The position numbers and the translations under genes are program-made. The notes under the pieces were generated by a model, which saw only the letters and a program-made list of their open reading frames with translations, ran no database searches and had not been told where the DNA came from. From the human T2T-CHM13v2.0 reference genome, Homo sapiens: DNA of 64,000 nucleotides. Of the stretch, positions 1 to 12,222 are shown piece after piece. The stretch lies in NCBI RefSeq assembly GCF_009914755.1, contig NC_060927.1. One strand, 5' to 3'. The first letter of the stretch is position 1; every line of letters starts with the position of its first letter.

Positions 1-629
1 ATCTTCATCATCTCTGGAAGTTCTATCTGACGACGCTGATCTAGACTGTAAGCTACAGGAGCCTACCATTACAGTGCCTCCTACAACATCTGGTAATAGT
101 TGTTGCTCAGTAAATTTTTAATAAACACTTTGCCTATTTAAGTGATCAGTAATTCATATCTGCTGTGTTTGGGCTTTCCTTCGGTTATCCATCTTCCTTC
201 CCCCTTACTGCCTGCCCCTAGTCATTTGACAATCATTCATAAGGAGACTCAGCTTTGATAATGCTCTGGGTTCAGGAGTTTCAGTAGTTGGTGGTCACTG
301 AAGAAGTTTTTCGGTCTCTGGACTTTTGTAACAAGCCTTCTTCTATGCCTAATTGCCTGATTCTAATATCTGGAATTTTTTCCTGAGACTGAGTCTCTAC
401 CTATTGCAGCCCAAATCAAGTTTATAGGTTCCTGCCTTGATTATAATTCCAGATTCTGATGATTATTGGAGTTCTAGCCATGCTCCTGCAAGACTATCAA
501 GTAATTGATGGGAATTTTTCTTGAGGTTTACTGCCTTCCTGCTAGTCTGAAATTTCAAATATTGCCTGTTCCTAGATTCTCAATTGGTAACAACAAAAAA
601 CAACGGTACTACTACTGCTATTTGTAACA

Positions 630-790
630 GCAGCTGATATTTACTGAGAGCTTATCATGTACATAGCAAGTGCTTTTACATCTCATTTAATTCCTAAAAT
701 CAAGCTATAACTTGAAGAAGCTGAGGTTTAAGGAAGTTAATTTTCCAAAAAGTAGATGGCAGAGTTAGGATTCAACTAGATATATGGGAC
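630..790 (-). mobile_element. MIR SINE relic
   Basis: gaagctgaggtttaaggaagttaa...ggcagagttaggattcaac resembles the reverse MIR core. Confidence 0.65.
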
Positions 791-2129
791 GCCTGAGGCT
801 AATTTCATGTCAAGCTGTTGACTGTTGGTGTCCTCTCTAAAAACTATATTCACTGTGGTTGATTCAACTGTGTGTAATGCTATTGCCTGGTGATGCCTGG
901 TCCTCCTCCCTTATCCCCCATGCATGCTTGTCTCACTAGCAGACATGTCCTATTCTTAGTTCTGGCTTATTAATATGACATGGTCAATTTTTTCTTTTCT
1001 GGCTGTGTCAAGAGAGGTGTTATTAAATCTATAGCAAATATATGCCTGATTGAAGAGGAATGGATAAATAGAACTCATTTCAGATATTTTTATGAAGTTT
1101 TGTTTTATTTTTGATTTCTTTTTCTGTGTGGAGCCCAAAAATCAGCAAATGTTTCTTGTTTTATTATAATAGGCAAGATTTGGAGTCATGGCAACATGCA
1201 GAAGTATGAAGACATGATGCCGATCTCTATGAGCTTCCAATTGGGCTATCAATATGACATCCATATTTAGCATATTTGACATGCCAAAATATCAGGCATT
1301 TTATATCCACAAAGAACCTTGCAAATGTTAAGTACCTTATGTTAACTAAGAAGTACAGATCATAAGTGCTATAGAATTTTAAAGAGGAAAACGATTACTT
1401 TTTTACTGTAATGGAATTTTCAGTGCTGAGACCTGAAGAATGGCTAGCATTATTTTTAAATAGTAATGAAGAAAAGGTAGCAGGTTTTTTATTTGGTTGG
1501 GGAGCAGGGACATATCACATGCTAGGGAATTGAAAGTAGAGGTATTAATGCAGAATCTCAGGAGAAGCAGAGGGTTTGTGTAGAGGAAGAAAGGGGGGAA
1601 ACGCTAGAAAATTATGTTAGGGACAGATTATGATAAACCTTGGATTTCAGGCAGATGAATTTAAACTTTATTCTATAGATGCAAGGGACAATTGAAGAGT
1701 TTTTGGAGGGAGGTAGCATGGGAACTTCTGGTTTAAAAATCTCAGCCATTGCTAGTCTGGATTTAATAATGGAAAGGAGGTCTTACCTGGCCACAACCTG
1801 CCAGGCTTGTGTTTAATAGGGACAGTGATACTCTCTGGCTATATTGGGAACAATCCAGGGTTATCTGTATTTTGCTTTTTAGGTATGGGTTTGTAAGTGG
1901 TGTCTTTAATGTCTGGACCCCATTTGCTGTCTGGAATGAAGAAGATTGTCTTACCATGTTCATAGCTAAGTGCTCAGTAAATATTGATTGGCTGCTGTTA
2001 CAAATAGTAATAGTAGTATTACTGTTGTTGTTTGTTGTTGGGTCCTGATAGGGCCATATGGATCTAGGAAGAGATGTAAATACATATGAGTACTGGACTT
2101 GTATTTGCATATTTCATGAGTTTCTCTGT

Positions 2130-2700
2130 TCCACAAAGATGAGGATACTAAGACGAGTCAGCCATTCCTATCATTAAGGTCTAATGAGGGAGGAAATATA
2201 ATTATATAACAATAAGTAAAGTGGATAAATCAATATATGTACTAATGCAGCTGAGAGGGTTGGTGGTATTCAGGGAGGGGCACCTAGGTCAGCTTAAAAT
2301 GATGAGTAGGAGTTAGCCAAGCAAAGGGAGCATAAGCCCGAGAAGGGCATTCTAGGCTTAGCACACAGCTTGAACACAGGTGCAGAGGTTAGAAGCAGGA
2401 GGAAGAGCAGGAAACTCCAAAAGTACTATCTTGCTGCATTTTGAGCAGGGGGGGGAATGCAGAGGAAAGGCATGAAGAAGCCTGGATTTCATCCTGTGGG
2501 TAATGGGGAGCTGTTGTACGGTTTTAAATAGAAAGTGGCAAGGGCAGTTCTGTGGTTGAGAGAGAGAACCTTGATAACACTTTAGAGGATGTATTTGAGT
2601 GAGAAGACTGGAGGTGGGAGGTGATTGCAGGAATTCTGGGGGACAGCAGACAAGTCTAAACTAGGGCAGTGACTATAAGAAAATAGGAAATTGAGATAAT
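2130..2700 (-). mobile_element. L2 LINE fragments
   Basis: Purine-rich stretches such as gatgagtaggagttagccaagcaaaggg and tggatttcatcctgtgggtaatggggagc are typical of reverse L2. Confidence 0.55.
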
Positions 2701-4132
2701 GACACCATTCTTAAGGACAAAGTCAACTAACAAGGAATGTGAGAAGACATTTATGACCTTAAATATGGTACATTCCAGGCCCTGTGTGATTTAGTCTCAG
2801 ACTAGGGTGGGCTTTCATAGAGGAAGAGGCATTGAAGAAGTTATTGTTCCTATTAATAGTCCTATTAATCTTTTGAGGAAAGGAAAACCTAAAACTGACT
2901 TCTTTCCTTTTCCAGATGAATGAACTAATATCTGATGCTCAAGGAAACCATAAATGATAAAAGGATAATGGGCTCGGCCTGAAGCCAACCGTGTAACTCT
3001 TTGGTAGAGACTCACTGGTAATCACAGGCCAGCAGTCAAATAATCTGTTGCTCTGATTCTCTGGAGTGTTGATGGTGCCTGGTAAACCTTAGAGAAGCTT
3101 CCTTCGCACTCATTTTTCAAGAGCTCCTCCTGGAGCATCCCCACAGGGAATTTTCCTACCAGTGACCTGTCTCCTGTCCCACCATATCCCGGGTCACTCT
3201 CCCATGATGGACAGTCAAGCATCAGTTCTTGGAACATTTCCCTACCAGCAGAGGGAACCCTCACCTTCAGGTATGCATGGAAATCTGGAATGTATGGTTC
3301 TTCAATCTTGAACATGGATCCTGAAATTTTATTTAACGTTTTGTGGGATCAAAGGAAAGGAAACAATTAGGAAAAACTGAAAAATGTCATATTAGGTCAT
3401 GCTGAAAGGGGACAAAAGCTAGAGGAGAGTCTGGCTGTACAAAAATAGGCAATCCTGAATTTAACTTCGCTTTCAGTTCTTCACAGCAGCAGTTTCTGGA
3501 GCCAATATAAAATGTAAAGCAGTTGGAAATAAGAGTACTTAGAGCAGAAAATAAACCCATTCACAGCAGAGAAACAGCTTACAGAGAAAGTAGCCAGAAC
3601 TAACTGTCTTGTTACTCTCTAGAAGTAAAGAAATCAAAGCACAATCTCAAGCCTTGTAGCAAGTCAAGGGGTGTGCTTCGCATTCCATCTCCTGATCTCT
3701 GCTTGGGTAGGAAAAAAATCCCTCAGAATATATAGAGATTATACAGCCTGATAAAATATCCTGATTATTTAGCAAATAGTGCAACTCAACCACAGTCATA
3801 AACTCAGATGCCTATTTCTCAAGAGCCTGAGACCTGTAGGCAAAGAGGGAGAGAGTGAGGAAAACAGTTATTAGCCAGAATAGGCAGGCCCTGATATGGT
3901 AAACTGATTATTTGAAACTTGGAGCCCATTTTCTAATAGAACCAAAGTATCTTATACACTGTGGTGAGGTTGTCAAGGCAGCCTACAAACATCTGTTTTA
4001 AACCAAAGTTTACTGAAATGATACACATTTATCAGTTATGCAATGTTTTGCCAATGAAATAAAACTAAATAAAAGGGTAAAGTGACGTAAAACATCTGAA
4101 TATTTAAGCTGAGTAGAATCAGGTTTCCTTTT

Positions 4133-4328
4133 CGGTGTTTCTCAACTGCAGTCACTCTTGTAAATTTTAGGTAGCTATACTGTGTAGTACGTGGGCTGTC
4201 CTGTGTATTGCAAGAAGCTCTGTACCTCTAGGCGCCTCCTCAATATGCCAATCGTGCTTGTCAGTTACTTTGGCCACCCAAATACCCTCACTCACTTTCC
4301 AAGAGATGGGGAGAGGCTGAGATCCACT
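4133..4328. mobile_element. MER20-type hAT-Charlie MITE
   Basis: Ends cggtgtttctcaac ... gctgagatccact, with internal gggctgtcctgtgtattgca. Confidence 0.5.
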
Positions 4329-4405
4329 CAGAGATGTTCATGGAGATTCTGGGGAGGAGGCACCTTAAAGGTTGATGGAACAGATGCTTAATATTTTGAA
4401 GTTGA

Positions 4406-4694
<289 letters not shown>

Positions 4695-5242
4695 CACTCT
4701 TCCAAGAGAGTGGAGAGCTGTAAGATAATATATAAACATGTGCTAATTTTTATGAGTTACATCTATTCAGAGCAGACATTAGGCAGAATTATGATGTGCT
4801 TAAACTTGCTTTCAGCACTTTTCTAGACCCCTTTGGATAGTCCATATCTCTGCTCTGGAATCTTCTTTCTTTCCAATGTGTTCTGCTTGTACTAAAATCT
4901 TCCACTGTGAAACCCACCTAGGCCTGGTCCCTCAGGACAGTATTATAGGATTCAACCTTTCCCTCTCTCAAAATATCCATCCAAGTGTATCCATTCTGTA
5001 TCTAATTTTTTCAAGTACACAGTTTATCTAGAGATAAGTAGGTAATTTCAGGGACATCAAAACATATTCTGGCTCACAAATCTTTCCATCAATGACTTAA
5101 AGTGCCATAAAATGACAGTTACTTCTTTAGGTTGAGATATTAAGTGGTATTGCACATTCGTGTTTCATTGGAAGGTGAAGGCATTATTTCTCATTAATAA
5201 TTTTGAATAAATTATTTTTCATCAGAGTAACAGAGAGACAAT

Positions 5243-5492
5243 ATGGCACAGAGGTTGAAAACTCTGACTTGGGAGCTAGACAGCGTTTGTTTGAATCTCA
5301 ATCCTGTTATTTGCTGGCTGTGTGACTTTGGACAAGTTACTTAACCTATCTGTGCCTCAGTTTCATCATAGTACAATGCGGATAATAATAGTTGCCAACC
5401 TCATGGAGTTGTCAGAAGGAGTAAATGCCCTGTTAAATGTAGTGCATATTAGCAGTGCCTGATACTTGGGAAGCACTCAGTAAGTGGTAGCT
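5243..5492 (+). mobile_element. MIR SINE, near full length
   Basis: gctgtgtgactttggacaagttacttaacctatctgtgcctcagtttc is the MIR core. Confidence 0.85.
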
Positions 5493-5859
5493 TCCCAGTT
5501 AGTATTCTGCCCAGGTCTTAACACTGATAGTTTGGAAAATAAAATACACATTGATTTCTTGAAAAGTTTATACCCCAATAGGCTTATTTAGACTGCTTGG
5601 AAAGGGTATTGATTATCTCATTGTTATTAAAATTTTTTCTTGTGCTTGCAAAACTTATAGAAGCTTACAACTAATATAGGTAGTGTAGGTTTGTGAGTCC
5701 ACAGTGAGAATGCCATTTCTTTGGTGCAGCCCTCTTTAACCCTTATTACAGTTAACCCTTGAATATTCTTGTTTTCTACCCTGTCATAGCACTTTGCTTA
5801 TGTCATCTCTTAGAGCCCTCTAAGTCTCCCTTTTAAATTAGCTATTGGTATTCTTTAAA

Positions 5860-6095
5860 GGCATCTACAGTAGAAAGTAATTTTCTGGAGGTCAGGGATC
5901 ATGTCTTACTTATTATGAATTCACCAGAGTGAATTGCACAGTGCAGGCACATGCCATGTGATTCTTAATGAATGAATGAATAATTGTAAGCTCCATAAGG
6001 GCAGGCATTTTTGAAGTTTTGCTCATTGCCATCTATATCAGCAAGTATCTAGAATGGTGATTGGGACATAGTAAGTGAATAAATATTTGCTAAGT
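5860..6095 (+). mobile_element. Two tandem L2 3' ends
   Basis: ggaggtcagggatcatgtc...aatgaatgaa followed by tgtaagctccataagggcagg...aataaatatttg. Confidence 0.65.
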
Positions 6096-6839
6096 GATTT
6101 TGTTAAGTGAAGGGAGGCACAGATGTGCTGTTGAAGTTAAAATGGGATTCTATATATTAAACCAACATTTTCACTGATTACATTAAACATTTTGAGATAT
6201 ATTCCTCCAGAAAAAAATTTGCACTGGGGAAACCAACTATAATACATAAACTAGTACATTTACTTGCTCCTTTGGAAATATTTCTCTGAGGTAGGGGAGG
6301 ATAGCAATGGTCAGTATTCATAAGCTATATTCTCCTATCTCTAGCCATAGGTACCACTTCATTCATTCAACCAAAAGCTATTGACCTCTTGCTTCATGAA
6401 GGGCACTCTGGCTGATGATGGGTCACATGAGACAGGAAGGATATGAAAAGATGTTGATCACAGACTTTATGTCTGAGTACCTGGAATAAAGTGTTATGCT
6501 CTTGCCAATTGTGAGTAAAGTGTGATGTTCTTAACTAGTCCACTTCTAAGAGAAAATGCCTTGCTCATATCTCTCATGAAGAAGCAGGTCTAGGTGAACT
6601 CATTCCCCTTTTCTGTTTGGACCAGGGTGACAGTCAAGTTTTAGAGATCAATGAAATCATCTAGTCCAAAAATCTTGGTCAAACCATGCTTGACTAGCAA
6701 TAAAAATGTATGAACTAAGAGATTTAAAGGAAAATCAGTGAGCAGCAGCAGGAGAAGGGCAAAAGAAAACAAAGGGCAGAGGAAAACAAACCTCCATTCT
6801 CTTGTCATGACTGTGATGCCCACACTCTTGATCCCATGC

Positions 6840-6971
6840 TAGGGGTGACCATACACCTAGGTTTTCCCAAGATAGTCCTAGTCCATCCTTGATGTCCTAG
6901 GGTAATTAGGCCCCTTTCACTGAAAGGGGTTTAGATGTCACGGTTTCAATGATAAATTATGTGAACGCCTA
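6840..6971 (+). mobile_element. MER94-like hAT-Blackjack MITE
   Basis: tagg(g)gtgaccata...cccctttcact...gataaattatgtgaacgccta follows the MER94 consensus with tagggtgacc TIRs. Confidence 0.7.
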
Positions 6972-9900
6972 TTGTTCTCTCAGGGGAGATATTTCAGAGT
7001 GTGTATGCATGTTGCACAGCCAGCCTCCATGGTTAAATATACCTGTTTAGTACTCTATGAAGAGAACAATATATCCTTTCTCTACTAGGATTGTAAGCTC
7101 TTCAAGGGCAGAAATCTCATTTTCTTCTTTTCCTATTCCTTCTTCCTAGCAAGAGCTGATTATATAATAGGCTGCAATAAATTCTTACTAAACTCTATTG
7201 AACTTTTCCCCTAAGAGTCTACAGAAAAAAATGCGTATACATGCACACCTTTTTTCTTCCTATGAGATATATATTTTCTTAGAGATAACATGTATTTATC
7301 TGCAGCCAGCTGAACTGCTGGATGGCTTTCTTATAGAATTTATCTGATGCAATCCATAGCAACCTTGATTTTTACGCTGAAATTGTGCTTTCCAAACTCA
7401 TATTTTCTAGCTTTTAATTTATACATTTAAACCAGAAAACGGGTTAATAAACACTTAGATGCATTTCACTGCTTCACAGATTATGCAACACACACAAGAA
7501 CACTGATAACAGAAAGGAAAGTTTCTATACACAGTTCCTTAGGTAAAAAGGGGACACAAGCAAGGCTGAAGAAAAAAACAACAGGGAGCCAGATATGGTG
7601 AACAGCATAGGCAAAGTTATGGAGTTGGGAAGTGGAATGCTATGTGTATTGAAAGCAAACAGTTTTTTATTTATCAAGTGTTCACTATATGTGTTTATAG
7701 TATTTATATTACTTGGGCTTCAGAGACAGAATACATGGGAGAACTGAGAAACTGAATTCTTTTACCACAGTTGTTGAATTTACAGGGTAGTCTCGCCTTT
7801 CCTCTCCTTAGAAGTTTTGCACCCTTGAACTAGTTAATGGTATGGGCGTTAGGAAAATTCTGCATTCCTTTTGTGGCACAGTACAATACTCATTTGTTTC
7901 TTTTGAGGTTTGCTTGAAGGGGGGTAATGCAGGCAGATGATGCTCTTTTTTCTTCTATTTAAAAAACCACAGCTTGCATGACATTTGTCTTTTTAAAAAT
8001 TGTTTTTTTAATTTTGCAAATGTGCCCAGAGGCATTAAGTAATGGTAGCATATTTATAAATTAAAATATAAATAAGTAATTTTGGAAAGCAATAACAGCT
8101 GGGAAGTATTTTTTCATGTGAGTTGCTTTTAAGGAAAGCAATAAACAGTTTTTTTGGGGGGAGTGAAGAAAGAAACCATACCAGTTCACAGAGGAGTAGA
8201 CAGTGCAACAAGAGCTTCTTAACAAAATTCCAAATTTTATGAGGACTTGAAAGAGAAAAAGCACATCCCTTAAAGGAAGGTAGGGGACTCTAGGGTGTGT
8301 GTGTTGGCTTGGTGGGGAGGATTGAGGGCAAGGGGAAAGGGTTAAATACAAGAAAAAAATATTCATGACGCAGGCATGATGACTCTGCTTCTTACTGAGT
8401 TTATATAATCCACTTGATCCTGGGTAGAAGGGAGTTGATGGTGACCCTGTTAATGTACTTCTGAGCAGCTACTACTGCCCTGGGCATGATCAAAGATGAA
8501 CATCAGAAGACTCAAGGCCCTGCCCAAATGGGATCCATTTTCGCTCTTCCTGATTTAGGAAAGGACTCCTCCCATCAAAGGGTTGGAGCTTGCACCCCTG
8601 AGAGACAATGCTGTGCTCTGGGAATAAGTGAAGATTTAGGAATTTACTGCCATGGCCAGGATTTTACAGAATTTATTTGAGGAAAGCAAAGTCTTTTACA
8701 GAAATCACTTGATAGAGGCAATTCAAAGACAATCTTTTGAGCAATTACACCTAAAATACAACAAACCCAGAAAAAGAATGTTTTGGAATCCCTACGAGAG
8801 TATCCAGACTACACTATTAGAGAGAGAATTCTCTTATCCCCCAGTGGTTGGGGCTTATCCCCAGTTCCTTGGCGAGGGATCCAGAGGCTGAAGATTGATC
8901 CCAAAACTGAGTGAACAGAAAGGTTACATTATGCAGGTTTAAAATCCAACCTTTGTTGGATTTTAAAATATTAGTGAAAAAAAAAAAAGAGAGAAAATGA
9001 AAATTAAATAGTGGCAAGTGACAGCTTGCCATTCTATTCAATAAGGTTAAGCTCACAGGCAATGGATGGAATCAGTCAAATCATCAATAATCAAATTTGA
9101 AACCTATTTTTAAAAATGTTTTTAAAATATGAGAAAGATGTAAGGGTTTCCTTGATCAATGGCAAATAAATCAAACATCTTGTGGGCAAGTGGGTGGTCC
9201 TCTAAGCCTTCCAGGAAAAAAAGTAGTAATTAATTGAGGGCCAAGGAAGAGTTTGTTGGACAGATAAAGTCATCTGTGAAAGACGGAATGATGATGATGA
9301 ACAGCAAGAGCCAACAGGATAGAATCTGCATTACTTTGCTGAAGTATTCCAAGCAGAGAAATCCTTGAGTGACAGCTTCTGATTATAATCTTCCTGTGGC
9401 ATAATTACAATAAATATTAAATGTTTATGTGAGCATATTTGTGTATAGGTTGTATACACAAAACAACACACATAGCAGCAGATGATACAAAAAACTTCTA
9501 AGGGTATTTCTGACATTACCTCTTTGCTTTTCTTCTCTTTCCCCCTCCCCCGCTTAAGATGCTAACCTCTTTGTACCATGCTGTTCTGCTCTATTCTTGT
9601 CTGGAATGCATGTTAGCTGGCCACCAGGAATCCCAGAAGACAGTTGGGGGGACTGAAGTCTTGTATTATTCTGGTGGGGATATAAGCTAGAATATTAACT
9701 TGTTGCAGTTCTTGTGATTTAATTTGTGTTCACATGTTAATAAGGCTTAGGGAAATTCAAGTCATGGAAGACATAGAGTAAAAGCCATAAACTTTTCATT
9801 ACAGAGTCTGGGTCACATCATTCCCAATACTTTTGTTGACTTTTATAAAGGTCTGGAATAAGGAGCTCCCCTTTTATTATGTATTTTAATACACAGACAC

Positions 9901-10305
9901 CTGTTCTAAGAAAATCTTACCTACTTTAGAATTAGATTCAAGATTTAGATACCAAGAGTATGTGACTCCTGGTAGGGAGCCCCCTTTGGAAGAAGAAACT
10001 CTTGGTGAATCAGTCAGTTCTAAACTCTCAAGAAACCCATGCTATTTTAAGTTCAATTAGCATTCACGGAATATCCACTAGTAGCTGTATAGGCAAGGCA
10101 TAGAGATAGATAGCACAAAAAAAGAGGCGTTAATTCTACTGGGAGAAAGCAGAATCAGAGAAACCAGGGCAGATAGGTCCTGAGAAGGGCTTCAGAGGTG
10201 ACCAAAGAGGAAAAAGCTATTTTGAGCACAGAAGATGGCATAGGCAAATGTGTGGAAGCATAAAATAACATGCTGTGCTTGGGGGGTATTTCAGTACTGA
10301 AATCT

Positions 10306-10331
10306 GTGTGTGTGTATGTGTGTGTGTGTGC
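10306..10331. repeat. Imperfect (TG)n microsatellite
   Basis: Directly visible. Confidence 0.85.
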
Positions 10332-10684
10332 ACACGCACGTGATGGGAAAGGAGGCCAGAGTGACAAACAGGGTCTTAATTATAAGATAATTTTCAATTT
10401 TTTCTGGCCAGGAATTATTTTGTAGATTATGGAGAGCCATTTAAGGTAATTAATCTGGAAAGAGATGTGTTCAAATTTGTACTGCAAATAAAGCATACTG
10501 CACATACAGTTAACTTGCTTTAATAAATTAACAATATGGTGTGAATATATTCCACATTAGTAAATATTCATTTGTAGCATTAATTAAAATCTTTGCATTG
10601 TATTCTGTGGGCATTTTAACTTTTTAATTAATTAATCCCTTATGTTAGGCAGTTAGAATACTTGAGAGTTAAGTTTTTGAGACC

Positions 10685-11075
10685 AGTAAAAATTTAAGTT
10701 TAGAACATGTTTTGCTTGAAATGCCTGTAATACAGCCAAATGGGGGTGCTTGAATATTCAGATGGTGCTTGAATATAAAAGGTGGAGCTTGAGGGGAAAG
10801 ATCTGAGAATGTAGACATAAATATGGGAATCATTAGTATATTGATTACTTAAAGTCAGAAGGGGATACTTAATGGACAAGGAAAAGAAAATGTGCAATTC
10901 TTTTTTAAAAAAGTAAAGGGGATAGAACCTTTGGAAATACTGTTTTTAGGCAGTGAGTTGAGTAATAAGAGATTGGGAAAGAAAAATCAGGGGGATGGGG
11001 TAAAATCTGAAGAGTATGATGTAGGAGGATCCAGAGGAAAAGAGAGAGTTGATTCCTATAACAACTTTTGGAGAA
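10685..11075 (-). mobile_element. L2 fragment
   Basis: tttagaacatgttttgcttgaaatgcctg...gtagacataaatatgggaatcattag is reverse L2-like. Confidence 0.6.
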
Positions 11076-11529
11076 GTGAGACTAGGTAATACTATTATTA
11101 TTATCTACTTTCCACAAAGGCTAGATGTCTTCTTGGGGCTAATACAATTGTAAACATTAAAACTGGATTGCTAATCCTGATCTTCTAGCTTCAATTCTAA
11201 CAGAACTGGATTTTATGATTCAGGTAATTAAAGAAAGAGAGTATAAAAGAATAGCAGGATAAGCTTCAGAAGCTAAAATTAAGTTGGAATCTGTAGGAGA
11301 TATAACGTATAGAAAAAGAACATGTTCTTAAATTAAAGCAGGCAAAGAAGGATATCCCAAAATAGGCTAGGAGAGAAAGCTGATAAAAATGTCTTGAAAT
11401 GTTAAGTCTTGGCTTTCAAATTTGAGAATATGGTGGATAAGATAATCAGAGAAACCCTACCCAGTAGAACTGATACTCTTAAACATAATGGACTGAAAAC
11501 AAACATAACAAACAAGCTATTTTAAACAA

Positions 11530-12222
11530 CAACTTTTTTTTACTTTGAAAGAATTTTAAATACATAGAAAAGTTACAAAACAGTACATTAACGTATACTC
11601 TTTCACCCAGCTTCTCCAGCTTCATCTAACTTCAACAACTTACATAATTGTAGTACTACACAATTAACAAAACCAGGAAATTAATATGGGTGAATTAATA
11701 TTAAACTATGGACTTTTTCAAATCTCACCAGGTTTTCCGTTAATGTCCTTTTTTTCTGTTCAAGTATCCAATTTAGTTACATAACCTTAGTCTCTCCAAT
11801 CTTTGACATTTCCTCATTTTCCCTATCTTTCATAGCCTTAACACTTTTAATGAGTACTGACTAGTTATTACATAGAATGTCTTTCAAATTAGTTTTGCTT
11901 GATGTTTTCTCATGATAAACTACACATTTTAGGCGAGACCACCATAAAAGTGATGTTGTGTCTTCGTTGCATACTGTCAGTGGGTACGTGATGGTGATGT
12001 CTTATTACTGGTAATATTAACTTTGATTACTTAATCACTTATTATTATTACCAAATGGCAAATATGGCCAGTTGCCCAAGGTGGTATCTGCTGGGTTTCT
12101 TCACCATAAGGTTAACAGTTATTTTTTGTGATTGATAAATAATTGGAGGACATATTTTGAGACTATGTAAATACATTTTTCAAAGTTTTGCTCATTGATT
12201 TTGGCATCTACTAGTGGATGTT
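11530..12222 (-). mobile_element. Old L1 3' end (L1MC4/5-like), left piece
   Basis: tttgaaagaattttaaatacatagaaaagttac...ggtggtatctgctgggtttcttcacc...ttttggcatctactagtggat. The element resumes at about 17678. Confidence 0.7.

Noticed and set aside
3022-3315. 97-aa minus-strand ORF with protein-like composition
   Set aside because: Not part of SPATA16 as I recall it and no recognisable domain. Only the possible cryptic exon is kept, at low interest.
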